From assembly GCA_951406725.2 (NCBI GenBank), contig OX597835.1:11408001-11472000 (forward strand): 64,000 bases of DNA, read 5' to 3'. Every line of letters begins with the position of its first letter. Position 1 is the stretch's first letter. Position numbers and translations under genes: made by a program. This document shows positions 27,795 through 41,308 of this stretch, piece after piece. The notes beneath the pieces are model-generated. The model had not been told where the DNA came from. It ran no database searches and saw only the letters and a list, made by a program, of their open reading frames with translations. Origin of the DNA: Octopus vulgaris (lineage: Eukaryota).

Positions 27795-28427
27795 TTAACC
27801 CTTTAGCATTTAGTCTAGGTATAACCAGCCAAAATATTCCTCCTGTTTTATGCTAAAATTGCACAGGCGCAGGAGCGGCTGTGTGGTAAGTAGCTTGTTT
27901 ACCAATCACATGGTTCCGGGTTCAGTCCCATTGTGTGGCACCTTGGGCAAGTGTCTTCTACTATAGCCTCGGGCCGACCAAAGCCTTGTGAGTGAATTTG
28001 GTAGACGGAAACTGAAAGAAGCCCGTCGTATATATGTATATATATATATATGTGCATGTATGTGTTTGTCCCCCTAGCATTGTTTGACAACCGATGCTGG
28101 TGTGTTTATGTCCCCGTTACTTAGCGGTTCGGTAAAAGAGACCGATAGAATAAGTACTGGGCTTACAAAGAATAAGTCCCGGGGTCGAGTTGCTCGATTA
28201 AAGGTGGTGCTCCAGCATGACCGCAGTCAAATGACTGAAACAAGTAAAAGAGAAAAGAGAAAGAGAGATCCAATCTCTCCCACTTACCCTACAATGTCAT
28301 TGTAAAAGTAAACAAACACACCATTAAAATTTTGAAGCTTCAAAATAATCTGTGATTAATTAATTCAAGGCAATGTGAAGAAATAAGCAATACATTTGAC
28401 AGAGGAATCTGAAGGCTAACGGATTAA
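27795..28427 (-). mobile_element. piggyBac-like MITE interrupted by SINE B (27865-28265)
   Basis: ttaaccctttagcatt at 27795 and a decayed ...ggattaa end at 28427. Confidence 0.7.
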
Positions 28428-30084
28428 TCTGTAGGCCAGAGTTTTGCACCTAAGTAGGTTGAATTTGGCATAGAAGCACATCTTTCTGCACGCAGGGTAA
28501 CTAACATGCACGAGTGTTGTGATGGTACTTGCACGCTTCTTTTGTTAAAGGGGTGTTTGCCATGCTAATTCAATAATCCTGACATGCATTGCAGAATGAG
28601 CCATTCTAAGCATCATTATCATCATAGGTCTACAATGATGATGATGATGATGATAATGACTTAATCCAAGCAGCCCAAAGTTGTCTGAGGCAATATTAAG
28701 AAATCTCAATTGTAGAATGCAGCGCTGCGTCGTCTCTAAGTGGCAGAATGTCCATAAATTATATGAAGTGTATGATGTAACCATTATTTGACAACCACAT
28801 TAAGGATTGTTTGTACATAAGGTTTCTCGATAGATATTAAGAAGTGTGAAGTATCGTCCAATGAGAGAAAGTGCAATGTTTGGTTAAGTCCAGTAAATTG
28901 GAAAGCAAAGACAAGATTCTTCAAACTGGGGTGAGGATGTCATTCAATGGAGTGGCCACTTGTTATCTAATCTAAGTAGTTTGAAGAAGAACAAAGTGGA
29001 AACATTTGAAAAGACATTCAAATGTCCAAGAATGTTGAAATCTTTGTTTGATATGTGTTGCAAGTGGAATACTGAAATAAACATGGGTCTCACAAGTGGG
29101 GAAACAAATGCAGAATGGCAGAAAAAAAGGGACAGATAATTATTGCAGTGTGTGTGTGTAAATGTGGCAAGGTGTTTGAACCCCAAACCATGTGTTTGAG
29201 AAGCAATGTCATTATATGACAACTTGAGCAAGTGTTGCCTACTATAACCCCAGACTTTGCCTTTCATCCTTTCAGGGTCGATAAATTAAGTACCAGTTAC
29301 ATACTGGGGGCTCAATCTAATCGATGCCCCTCCCCCACCAAAAAAAAAAAATTTCAGGCCTTGTGCCTCGAGTAGAAAAGAATATATTTTTAACTCTTTG
29401 TCTTTACATTGTGTTGTAAATGTATGTTGTTTTCGTTATTTTCCAAAAGCATGTCCAGCTTTGCTTAGAAAGAGGTGAGAGTTGGCAACAGGGGGGAGGG
29501 CACTCACCCTTGAAGAGAACGAAAAATAAAAACCTGCTTCTATAAACACCATGCAAGCATAGAAAAATGGATATTAAAGCGACGATTGCAATGACCATTT
29601 TTTTCTTTCTATTTTTGACTGTTTTTGTCCTCAGTCTGCTGAAGATTTCATGCTTTCTTAAAATATTGATTATCTACAGAAAATTAGTGATACATTTCCT
29701 ACGTAAGAAGACACCGGCTGTCTCCGGTATAAAGGTGTTGATTTATATCTGTTGCACCATTTCACTATCTACTTTTCACTTGAGAGACAACTTTTAAAGA
29801 ATCGGTTCCATTGAAAACACACATACATACATACATACACAGAAACACAAACACACACACAGTTGTGAAGACACACACAAACACCCACACGTCTGTTGGT
29901 CGATGTACGCTTGTGTGTGATGCAGAATGGCAGAATTTGCATGGATTTCTTATCATCGAAAGATTTATGTGAAATATTTGATAAATTAAAATTGCTAAAT
30001 GAATTGTCATGATTGAAATTCACTAAGTATTGATTTGTTTGGTTTTATTACTGCTCACAGTTTAGTATAGCGTACACCCATTAT

Positions 30085-30344
30085 ACATACATACACACAC
30101 ACACATGTGCAGTCATCTTCATATATATATATATATATATACTCATACACACATATTTATATGTATATACATACATCTATATATATATATATATACATAC
30201 ACATCTATATACATATATATATATACATACACATCTATATACATATATATATATACATACACATCTATATACATATATATATACATACACATCTATATAC
30301 ATATATATATATACACACACACACATCTATATACATATATATGC

Positions 30345-30427
<83 letters not shown>

Positions 30428-30458
30428 ATATATATATATATATATTCATACATCTATC

Positions 30459-30494
<36 letters not shown>

Positions 30495-30920
30495 TACATC
30501 TATCCATACATATATATCTATATACATATATATTCACAATCATCTATTTACTTTATGTATATGCATATATATGTATACGCACATACACACACACATATAC
30601 ATATGATGCACGTATATATATATATATATATGTTTATAACTTCATACACACATCACAGGAATTGTAACCAAACACTGAATAATTTTCAATTCACATTATG
30701 CACACACAGTGTGTGTATATGTGTACATGAATATATATATATATATGTGTATATATATATATATGTATATGTATATATATATATTTATATATATATGTGT
30801 GTGTAAAATGTGTACATGTATATAAATATACATATACATATATAAATATATACATATAAATGTATGTGGATATATATGTGTGTGTATCTATATATACACA
30901 CACTTACACATACATATATA
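30085..30920. repeat. Compound TA/CA/CT microsatellite
   Basis: Low-complexity dinucleotide mosaics. Confidence 0.95.
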
Positions 30921-32789
30921 CATTGTTTATATCTATGCATATATAGACACGCTGCGTTTTGATGTTGTTCATTATTACTTTGTTAAATGTCGTTATATTG
31001 TGAATTATAATCACCTCTCCGCTGGTTAGTGGTTGCTGGTAAGTTTTCAACCATGAAAAATTTAGATGTTTAGGTAAAATACTCTTAGGAATATATGCAT
31101 CTATTAATTAAAAATATAAAATAAAATAAAATGAAGAAAAATCTGACGCAAAGGATATAAATATTTAAAACTTTTTAGAGAAGTTGTTATGGTATCAACA
31201 CAAGGTGTAATTAATACCAAAACTTGAGGACTCCACGGAAAAAAAATACATTGTAATTAGATATCATCATCATCATCATCACTACTGTCACCAATGACTA
31301 TCTTCTGCATCCTAGTCTTCTTCCTCTTCCTCCACATCTTTGTCAGAATCATTTGAGCATCAAACAAACTGCCTTGTGATGTATTTTTTGGTTTATTTTT
31401 CTAGTTCTTTATATTCAAGGTTCAAATCCTGCTGAAGTCATCTTTGCTTTACTTCACTCTCAAGTTGATAAAATTTAATTAAATCTTAATCATGTACTGT
31501 CAACATGACTCGCCATTCTTTTGTCATCATCCTCATCATCATCATCATCATTTAATATCTGTCTTACATGCTGGCATGGGTTGGATGGTTTGGTAGGAGC
31601 TGGTAAGGCCAGGAGCTGCACCAGGTCCCATAGTCTGTTTTGATATGGTTTCTATAGCTGAGTGCCCTTCCTAATGCCAACCACTTCATAGAACATACTA
31701 AGTGCTTTTTATGTGGAACCAGCACCTGTACTTTTTATTGGCTCCAGCAATTAATAAAAGTTTAAATCAAGTATTAATCATGAACTGGTGTGGATATAAT
31801 CAACCAACTCTCTCCTAAAATTCCAAACCTTGGACTTACATTAGAAAATTATTTTGTCTTTATTGTTATTCCACATTTTTATCGTTGCACACAGATTGGT
31901 AACATTCTGTATTTTGTTTTGGTAGTAGTTCTTTTTTTGTATTAAATCTATTCAACACAATATGTGCATATACAGGGCTTAGCAGGACTATTTTATATAC
32001 AACAATACTTTGATTAATCACCTGTTTAATTATACATCAATTTTATGTGTTAGAAATTTTACAAAAATAAAAACTTAATTGCACAAAAATAATTGCTTTA
32101 AAAGTTTAACTACCCACAATGCACCTTGATAATGTGCACGTGAGTGTCTGTTCATTCATTTCATTTCAGGTAGTTTGCATGTTGACATTTTGTGCATTTA
32201 CCGATTTTTCCCATTCTCTCTGCCACTCTTTCATCTTAAAACTTTTGAATTTATTCATCATGAATTTATTCAAACTCTATAAAAAAAAAGCTGAAGAATA
32301 ATCTGACAATGGAAACTGCTGCTGATTTCTTTCCTCTGTAAGGAATTGAAGACTTTCTCCGCATTCAAAGAGCAATTGAAATTTTCTAGTTTCAAGAATC
32401 AAACTTCTAACAAAGAAGGAAAGTTGCTGCCAATCTAAATATATCTCCCATCTGTTGTCAAGAATTCTGCAAACAAAAGACTTTCATAGAAACAGTGGCC
32501 TCCTTCACAACCTGGGATGATGTCTGGTTGAGCGTTAGATTCTTTGACTCAGTGAATTTGGTTCAAGCCTGTATCACTTGTTTTGCTTTTATGCCAAAAT
32601 GTTAAAGAATAAATAAATATAATTATTATTATCAGAGCATTGGCCTGGCAGAAGTATTAGAGCGCAAGAAAAAAAAACTGCCTTGCTGTATTTGGTTTCG
32701 CTTTTTATGTTCCAAGTTCAAATCCTGCTGATATCAAATATGCATTTTGTTCCCCCTGCCACCCCTGTGTAATGCTGAAAATATTTAAA

Positions 32790-33112
32790 GAGGTACACAT
32801 TTTGTGGGATGCCCAGGCTGGGTGGGGTCTTGTGCTTGCATTTCCCAGATGGCAAGGTTGAAATCTGGGCACTTCAGTGAGTCTTTGAGAGTGCCCTTTA
32901 AGTGCTTTTTCTGCCCACCTTGTGTGCGTTTGCCTTCCGACAGTTCACTGTAGAACAATCTCTTGGGGAGTTGGGGGTCAGGCGTTCAAATAAAGCCTAC
33001 CTGACTTGTGATCTCCTCAGCAGTTTGTAAAACACTTGGGAGATCAGCTCAAGAGAGAATCTCCATGTCTGGGACCTTGTCTTGCCAGGTGACTTTCCAT
33101 AGCTTTTTCAGG
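32790..33112 (-). mobile_element. RTE-clade LINE remnant
   Basis: Minus strand reads LKKLWKVTWQDKVPDMEILS*ADLPS and LPKRLFYSELSEGKRTQGGQKKH, characteristic of the RTE ORF C-terminus. Confidence 0.85.
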
Positions 33113-33234
33113 TTAGAATTAAGATTATTATTATTATATGATGATGAAGAAGAATCATTATTTAAATGTCTAAGTCAACATGTTTCACTAATATTTCTCT
33201 TTTTTGTTACTTTTTTTTTTAACTGTTTTTGCAG

Positions 33235-34417
33235 CATGAAGGTGAAACCACACCCTGGAGTGATTGACATTGGGAAACAGTTACAAGAAACATCGTTGGC
33301 TGCCATTAATCTTCCTAGAAATGTATCAGAATCAAGTCTCAATGAAACAGAGGAAGAAACTGAAAAACAACTTCCTAACCAACACCAGGGTCATGGTTTC
33401 TTCCGATCTCCCAAGTTTTCCTTAAACACTGAAAGCAACATTCACAAGGGAGATCTCTCCAACAAGCTTGGCCTCCCTCTCAAAGGAACATCCCTTCAAC
33501 TACCAAAGCTGAACCTACATAACCTAAATCCCATCAAAAATGTGAACCTTAAATCTTTGCGACTTCCAACTGTATTCTACAGTAATAAAGAAACTAAATC
33601 GAGTATGGAACGTCTGACCATTAATACGGAACGTTCTGGTGAGGAGGTTTCTGATTCAAGTAATTCATTGAAACACTTGCCTCCTGAAGGAGCTGGGAAT
33701 CTGCCTCGGTCATCAGACACGGATGTCGTGAGCAACAAGAACCTTCTGGATATGACTCAAGATGAAAATACGGACGTAATGTTCCGAAGCTGTGGCATTT
33801 TAGCAACTAACCCTAAACAGCTCTTTGTGACATCTTTGAGTCTTTCTTCTGATGTTGATCCCGAAGAATTACCTCAAGAGATTTCAGCTGCCATCGATGA
33901 AGCAAGAAAACCTGATGCAACAGATCAACTCAATAATTTGCTCAGCTTAGATTTAGTTTCCTCTGAGTCTGAAATAGAAAACTCCAGAATGGCCCTTAAT
34001 AATAAAACAGAACAGGAGAGCTTTATGAGCAACATTCCTGACACTTATGCCAATTCTTATCCAGCTTCCATCCGTGATGATTACGATGACAATAATTATG
34101 ATCACTTTAATTGTGGTGACGCCTCGACTGAATTTGCAGAACATTCTAGAGACACGTCGAACCAACGAAGGAGACCCTTACCTTTGAAACCTTCCTTCAG
34201 TGATGGTGCAATTAGTTCTCATCCCGATATGAATACTTATCCTGATCTGCAAAAACCACTGCTGTTATTGGAAAACAATCCTTTCACAAAAATTGGCCAG
34301 AAAATCCAATCAAGCATGTCCCGAAGCTCTTCGAAAGCAACTGTCGATCTATTGAAAGAACAGGTTTTAGAGAAATTGAAGGATAGGGAATGTGAAACTC
34401 AAATTATATTTATATAA
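33235..34417 (+). CDS. INPP5F: Terminal coding exon of SAC2 (about 393-aa, largely low-complexity C-terminal tail)
   Basis: Long poly-T tract plus tgcag| acceptor, phase 2 (cg+c = Arg). It begins MKVKPHPGVIDI (cf. KSSKPHEDIIGI) and ends NPFTKIGQKIQSSM...CETQIIFI* (cf. SPFARIRSSM...CQTRIIQI*). Confidence 0.92.
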
Positions 34418-34688
34418 TTACCCACCACCACAACCACCACCACCACCACCACTTCCTCCTCCTCCACAACCATTTCTAAACTTCCTTTCGTTTTTTTTTT
34501 TGTTTTTTTTATCATTTTAATGCTTTCTCCTTTCCATGATTTACATAACTTTTACAATTTATTTTTAATGGAATTTATGAATTTATGAACATTAGCATTT
34601 AACAATGGACTTTGGTTGGTTTCAAAGCATGACTAATGCGAAGAAACTGCAGAGTTCTTTACCAAAAACTTTAACAAACATTAATAAC

Positions 34689-34725
<37 letters not shown>

Positions 34726-36722
34726 TAAATTTCTTCAAATCTTAATATTTCCATTTGTTCTCAGAGTGTCTTATGAGTTATATTTTCATTACTTTTCGAC
34801 TCGCATCTATTTTTGCTCACACACACACACAAAAAGGAGAAAATGAACAAAAAATTTTTTTTAATGCAACTGGCCTTCTACTCTAATTAACTTAACGCTA
34901 ATTAACAAATAATTATGAACATTGATATTTAAAATAGAAAATTCATGTTAAGTTTTGTAATATATATATATGTATGTATGTATGTATATAATATGTTGTA
35001 CACAGAAGCATAAGAGGAGGGAGGATCAGGGGGCTGTCATCCCTGAGTATATGTATGAAGGGGGTAAGCAATTGCCTCTGGCCTGTTATGACTTAATTAA
35101 GCTGGGAGCACCAAAATTGTCTTTGTCGTTAGGCACCGAGAATCATTGCTCTGCTATTGATTCAATGTCTAACCCATGCTAGCATGAGGAAAAATGGACG
35201 TAAAACAAATGAAGATATTTGATTTGATTTGGCTTAATTTTTCACTTCATTACGTTATTGTTTAAAATATGTGGAAACATGAGATTTTGGAAAGTAGTTT
35301 TTTTTTTAATCTTTTAAGCCCTCAACGTGACTACCACCACTAAGGAACACCACCACCACCCTAAAATCACTTGACGACCACAAAAAAAAATATAAAAGAA
35401 AGGCCTCCAACAAATTTGCTTTTAGTTTCAATCTCATTTGCTATCATTCACACATATTTTGGAGCTAAATTGGAAACTTGTGATGTTTCTGATTTCACTC
35501 AACATGCTTAGTTTCATTTTGCAGGACTGTGTTGTCACAATTTACTCTTTTTAAAAGACAAGACTTGTACAAGACTAATTTCTAATTTTCCTCCTGTCTA
35601 CAGTTTGTATATTAATAACCAAACACATGACAAACACCCTCCGATAAGAAGTGGCTCTAATGCAAATGATTTACTCATAATATATGTCTGCAGGTCTTTT
35701 CTATCACAGCTGGATTAAGAGATTAAGAGAGCTGGATTATTTGCCTGCAGTGATAGTGCTATCCCCTCATGGTATACAAGTCACTTTAATTCTGTATCTC
35801 TTTGATTGTCTTGTTTCTTTGACAACACTCTCATTTCTGCATATTTCATGAGATGAAGAGCTATTGTAATACAAAATGTTACTAATTGTGTTAATTAGCT
35901 CTTCTTCTGTTAATCGTTATCTCTCAATAGATATTCTCTGGAAGCCCCCAGCTCAGCCTATATATAAAGAGAAAAAGAAAGATAATCTTGCTTTTATTAT
36001 GGCTTTATTGGGAAAGGGTATGGCCTAGTGGTTAGTGTTGCACCCATGATCAGAAGACCAGTGTTTCAATCCCTGAGCTGGACGGTGCATTGTGTTTTTG
36101 AGCAAAATATTTTATTTCCTACTGCTCCAGTCCATTCAGCTGTAAAGGAGTTCCAGCAATAGTTGGGAAGTTAACTCTGCAATGGACTGGTGTCTCATCC
36201 AGGTGGAAGTGTCCTCATTTCAGTTACTTGTATTCCATAGAAACTGGGCTCAGCACTGTTCTTCTGAATCCTTGGGCTCATGATAGACATAAGTCTGTTT
36301 GTGACTTCATTTGCAAAGAAACAGCAACCCCCAACAACCCACCCGCCCACCCACGCACCCACTTCCGCTAACCAAAGTCTTTAAGAGATTGATGAGAAGA
36401 GGAAGAAACCATGACTCATAGATAATTGTCAAACCAGAGACCTTACCTCAATGCTTGTGGTCTCTATGGAAGACACCAAAGGACCTACGGTAGTATCCCC
36501 TCCTCACCCAGGTGGTGGTGTTACCAGGGTGACCTATGCCTATCACCAGTTGTGACTAATTCAAAATGTTATTGCAATTCAAGAGATAGTGATGACTTGG
36601 TGGTGGTTGTTATGTAATATTATTATTATCATTATTATTATTATTATTATTATTATTGTAAGGTGGTGAGCTGGCAGAATCATGAGCACATCAGGTAAAA
36701 TGCTAAACGGCATTTCATCTGT

Positions 36723-36922
36723 AGTAAAGATTATTTGCCAACATAACATGGCAGTCCTGGTTTAGGACGAATATTGCTGTAATTTAGCCCCAGGAGGCCT
36801 CATCTGCAGCTGGCTATATGACACGATCTGTGTACTTATATATGTTAGCAAATAATCTTTACTCCAAAGTACTGTTGCTGAATATCTCTTGTCGTGAGAT
36901 TTACAAATAGTAATTTTCTAAA
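36723..36922 (+). mobile_element. Centre-deleted copy of the 15245-15638 fold-back family, inserted into SINE C
   Basis: 13-bp TSD gcatttc(a/g)tctgt at 36710-36722 and 36923-36935; same arm sequences and ends as the 15-kb copy. Confidence 0.8.
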
Positions 36923-37620
36923 GCATTTCGTCTGTCTCAATGTTCTGAGTTCAAATCCCACCAAGGTCACCTCTACCTTTCATTCTTTCAAGGTTGATAA
37001 AATATGTACCAGCTAAACACTGTGGGGGTCAATGTAAATCGACTTACCCGCTCCCCTAAACATGTTGGCCCTATGTCAAAACTTGAAATCAATATTTGTA
37101 TTAGATCTATGGCACAGAAGTGATCTATTAAGTTAAATATGATTTATTTCTTTTGAATGTGGCAAAAATTACTTTATCAAATTTTCATGATAGCATGGGA
37201 ATGAAGTAAGGCTCTTCGGTCGCTATATTTTAACTGGTCAAGAAACCATGATAAAGCTCCCTTGCTAAATTGTGTGGCCTTGTTAATTATTGGTATATTG
37301 CAGGTACGAAAGTTGAGTGTACAATACCTGATTATAAAGTAAATGCAAAAATTGTTGTTTTTTTTTTATAAAATAATTGTAAATATGTTTCAACTGATCT
37401 TAATTATTAAGTTCAGTTCATAGAGCAGAAAATGTGAAATATGTTATAAATAGTATAGAAATGTGTTACAAAAGCTTCCCTAATATGACCTCTTTATCAA
37501 CATGCATATACATGTATTTGCATACCTATGCAACCATATATTCATCCACACGCCCAAATATATACACACACATCTATATATATATATATACACATACACA
37601 CACATCTATATATACACACA

Positions 37621-37662
<42 letters not shown>

Positions 37663-37675
37663 AAAATTATAAGTA

Positions 37676-37843
37676 TATGAAAGAATGGAGTTGAACAACT
37701 AGTTAACAAATATCCTTTATTCTCGACATGTTTCGAAGGCTGCATATTCCTAATTCCGAAGTTCTTTCTAATGTGAATTTGCTACCCAGATATCGGTTAT
37801 CTTTCGAATTATCCTTAATAAGATAATTCATTCAATTACTCAA
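37676..37843 (+). mobile_element. Centre-deleted copy of the 48451-48905 fold-back family
   Basis: Retains the inverted 5' arm (with GAAA-catg-TC on the minus strand) joined to the 3' tail gtgaatttgctacccag...; flanked by (TA)n. Confidence 0.75.
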
Positions 37844-37899
37844 ATATATATATATATATATACATACACATCTATATATACACACATATATGTATACAT

Positions 37900-37976
<77 letters not shown>

Positions 37977-38059
37977 TATATATATACACACACACACACA
38001 CATATATATATATACACACACACACACATATATATACACACACACACACATATATATAT

Positions 38060-38094
<35 letters not shown>

Positions 38095-38097
38095 CAT

Positions 38098-38150
<53 letters not shown>

Positions 38151-38275
38151 CATATATACACACACACACACACACATATATACACACACACACACACACA
38201 CATACACACACACACACACACACATATATATACACACACACACACACACATATATATACACACACACACACACAC

Positions 38276-38306
<31 letters not shown>

Positions 38307-38311
38307 TATAT

Positions 38312-38350
<39 letters not shown>

Positions 38351-38369
38351 CACACACATATATATATAT

Positions 38370-38400
<31 letters not shown>
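37844..38400. repeat. (TA)n(CA)n compound microsatellite
   Basis: Alternating TA and CA blocks. Confidence 0.96.
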
Positions 38401-39469
38401 CTTTATGTAAAAGCAGCAGAAATATAACAAAAGCTGTTACTCAGAGTTTCATGTTCCCGTTCATTGGACAGTTTTGTTAAAATGGGACAGAACTAACGCT
38501 ATAATCAAAACTAGTTAAAGAATACACCTTCAAAAATGGATGTGCTTTCATGATCACAAGCTTGTATTAATAAATGATCAGTCCTGTTGGCTTTACCCCA
38601 GAAAATCTTCAGCCTGTTCCCAGCTGCTAAGTGGAGCCAGGCAATAAAGAATAAGCAGAGACCAAGGAACCCCACAAAACCCTAAGTTGTGGCTTTGAGA
38701 CATTTCGGCACAGCCGTTTCGGCACCACTTATTTGGCACTATTGCATCGATGCTGACTTACTTGACATCAGACATTTTAATGTTTTCTTTCATTCTGTTT
38801 GTTTATGCCTGTCCACATATATCTCTCTTTGTGTTTGAGAAGAGGAAAACTTTATTCCAATCATGTTCAATTTATAAATTATAATGCAATTCTCTCTCTC
38901 TCTGTATATTCTTCATACACATGCATGTATTTGTGTATGTGTTTGCTTCCAGTGCCAAAAAAGTACTATTGCCAAAAACAGGCTTATTATCCAGTAAGCC
39001 ATGCCAAATTGACAGCAGCCAAACAGCTGTGCCCATTTGTCTCATTTCATTAGTTACTAACCACTCAAGTGACTCCCCATCATAATAGAACATTATTCCA
39101 GGTTTATGAAAATGTATTACAAATGTAGATATATTAAAAGTCTTTGGAATACATATTGAATAAAAGAATATGGTACGTTTTAGATGTTACAATAAAAAAA
39201 AAAAAGAAAATGGTTTGTATTTTCTTCAATCCCAGTTATTTTAGCATTTTGAGGAATTCTTTGATATCAACAATAATATTACCAGTTTTACCTTTGCTTT
39301 CTTTCGGTATCTCATGCTAGGATCTGAAGTGAGTACCAAACTGTTTGATCTAATATAATATATTAAGAGAACAGTCAGCAATGCCAACCTTTCACCCCTA
39401 CATTGTACATGTCCTTCATGGACAGGGTGGGATTCTCCAAAATAATATTGCTTCTGAGAGCGGCTGACT

Positions 39470-39930
39470 GGCTTCCGTGCCAGTGGCACTTAAAAGGCAC
39501 CATTCGAGCGTGATCGTTCCCAGCATCGCACTACTGTCACTTGAGCCCTGTGCTAGTAGGGTATTAAGAGCACCATCCGAGCGTGATCGTTGCCAGAGCG
39601 GCTTTTTGGCCTCCATGCTGGTGGCACGTAAAAAACACCATTCGAGCATGATCGTTACCAGCATCGCCTTACTGGCACCCGCTCCGGTGGCATGTGTAAA
39701 ACATTCGAGTGAGGTCATTGCCAGTGCTGCCTCACTGGCCCCGTGCCGGTGGCACATAAAAGCACCCACTACACTCCCGGAGTGGTTGGCGTTAGGAAGG
39801 GCATCCAGCTGTAGAAACTCTTCCAGATCAAGATTGGAGCCTGGTGCAGCCATCTGGTTCGCCAGCCCTCAGTCACACATCCAACCCACGCTAGCATGGA
39901 AAGCAGACGTTAAACGATGATGATGATGAT
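39470..39930 (+). mobile_element. Retroposon family D with internal subrepeats of about 60 bp
   Basis: Repeated tggcac.taaaa.gcaccattcgagcgtgatcgtt.ccag units; 3' end gacgttaaacgatgatgat. Confidence 0.8.
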
Positions 39931-40265
39931 ATTCAACTAAAAGCCAGCCCTACCTAGAAAAGTAATTAAGGATTCAATTAAAAGGCATTGATTGTATATT
40001 GCCAGTGCTTTCAGTATAACAAATGTTAACAGCAGGGTTAAATGGAGTCATTCAAACAATATTAAGGTTTATCAATTAATATCAAAGAAACTCATGGTAC
40101 TCAGTATTCAAAAGTATTTTGGGTAAAACAAAATTTGAAATATGTGTAATGTTTAGAATTTCTGTTAATTAGTTTATATAATTATGTCTTTTATTTCTCA
40201 ACATGATGGGTTTCAGTTTTGTTACAGCAATTGCTTCATAGCTGGATGCCGTTTCTATCAATAGT

Positions 40266-40303
40266 GATTCCACTTTGATCTTAGCCAAAAGTCCGACAAA
40301 CAG
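40266..40303 (-). pseudogene. 3'-truncated U2 snRNA retropseudogene
   Basis: Minus strand tcggacttttggctaagatcaaagtg matches the U2 5' end TCGGCCTTTTGGCTAAGATCAA(A)GTG; 12-bp TSD tctatcaatagt at 40254-40265 and 40304-40315. Confidence 0.8.
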
Positions 40304-41095
40304 TCTATCAATAGTAACTCAATCATTGAGTAGGAATGGAATCTCCAATTTGTGTTGTTGTTGTTGTTGTTGTTGTTGTTGTCAGTCGGGTGAACTGAAA
40401 GGAAGCTGAGATAAATGTTTGATGCTTAGACTTAATGTTTGAATATATGAACAAGTGGTCAATAATCGAGAAACTTAATCTGATGTAAGGCCCTTCAATG
40501 TCTAGCCAAATACTTTATCTAAAACATTAGAATAGAATTTTCTTCTCTTGGCATTATAGTTGCAAGTTTATTTCTGTAAAGGGTTAAAAATATCCCTCCA
40601 GACAAACTGTAGCATTAAAAGAATTCCAGTTACGATGCCCTCTATTTTTTTTTTGTATTTACGCTACAAAAGGTCGAAACCTTTGATTAATGATTCCACA
40701 AGCAAGGGTTATTTTAGCAGCATTACAGACCCCTGGGTAAAGCGATGCACTGGGGCCTTTAAGTATTTGTCAGAAAGCTGCAACATATAGATTAGCTAAG
40801 GCCCCTAGACACATGACCCCCACCTCTGGTAAACAGCCCAGTGTATCCATGCCTTAAGATGATACAACCCACAAAAGAATGTGCTACAGAATATATTTTC
40901 CCCTTCTCTTTAGAAAAGGGACTGATTCTGAGAATTGATTTGAAGGGAAGTTGTGATGTTTATTATGTGATCAAGTGAAACAGCAAGAAGTGAGAAAATG
41001 TTGCACTGAGAATATACAGTTTCATCATGCAACCTCCCCCTCCTCATCATCATTTAATGTCTATGCTCCATGCTGCCATGGATTGGATGGTTTCG

Positions 41096-41308
41096 TGGCA
41101 GAAACGTTAGCACGCCGGGCGAAATGTATTTCGTCTGCTGTTACGTTCTGAGTTCAAATTCCGCCAAGGTCGACTTTGCCTTTCATCCTTTCGGGGTCGA
41201 TTAAATTAGTACCAGTTAGGCACTGGGGTCGATATAATCGACTTAATCCGTTTGTCTGTCCTTGTTTGTCCCCTCTATGTTTAGCCCCTTGTGGGCAATA
41301 AAGAAATA
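41096..41308 (+). mobile_element. SINE family C
   Basis: Matches the family C consensus; inserted in a family D remnant. Confidence 0.85.

Noticed and set aside
33008-33234. N-terminal 76 codons of the 469-aa ORF
   Set aside because: Intronic: antisense RTE remnant plus polypyrimidine tract. The real exon begins at the acceptor at 33235.
34690-34723. 34-nt poly(A) as evidence of a processed retrogene
   Set aside because: The gene has spliceable introns and there is no canonical AATAAA just upstream. It is a genomic A-run in the 3' UTR that could cause internal oligo-dT priming.
39150-39210. AATAAA signals as the end of a long INPP5F 3' UTR
   Set aside because: AATAAA is frequent in this AT-rich DNA and cannot be assigned without transcript data.
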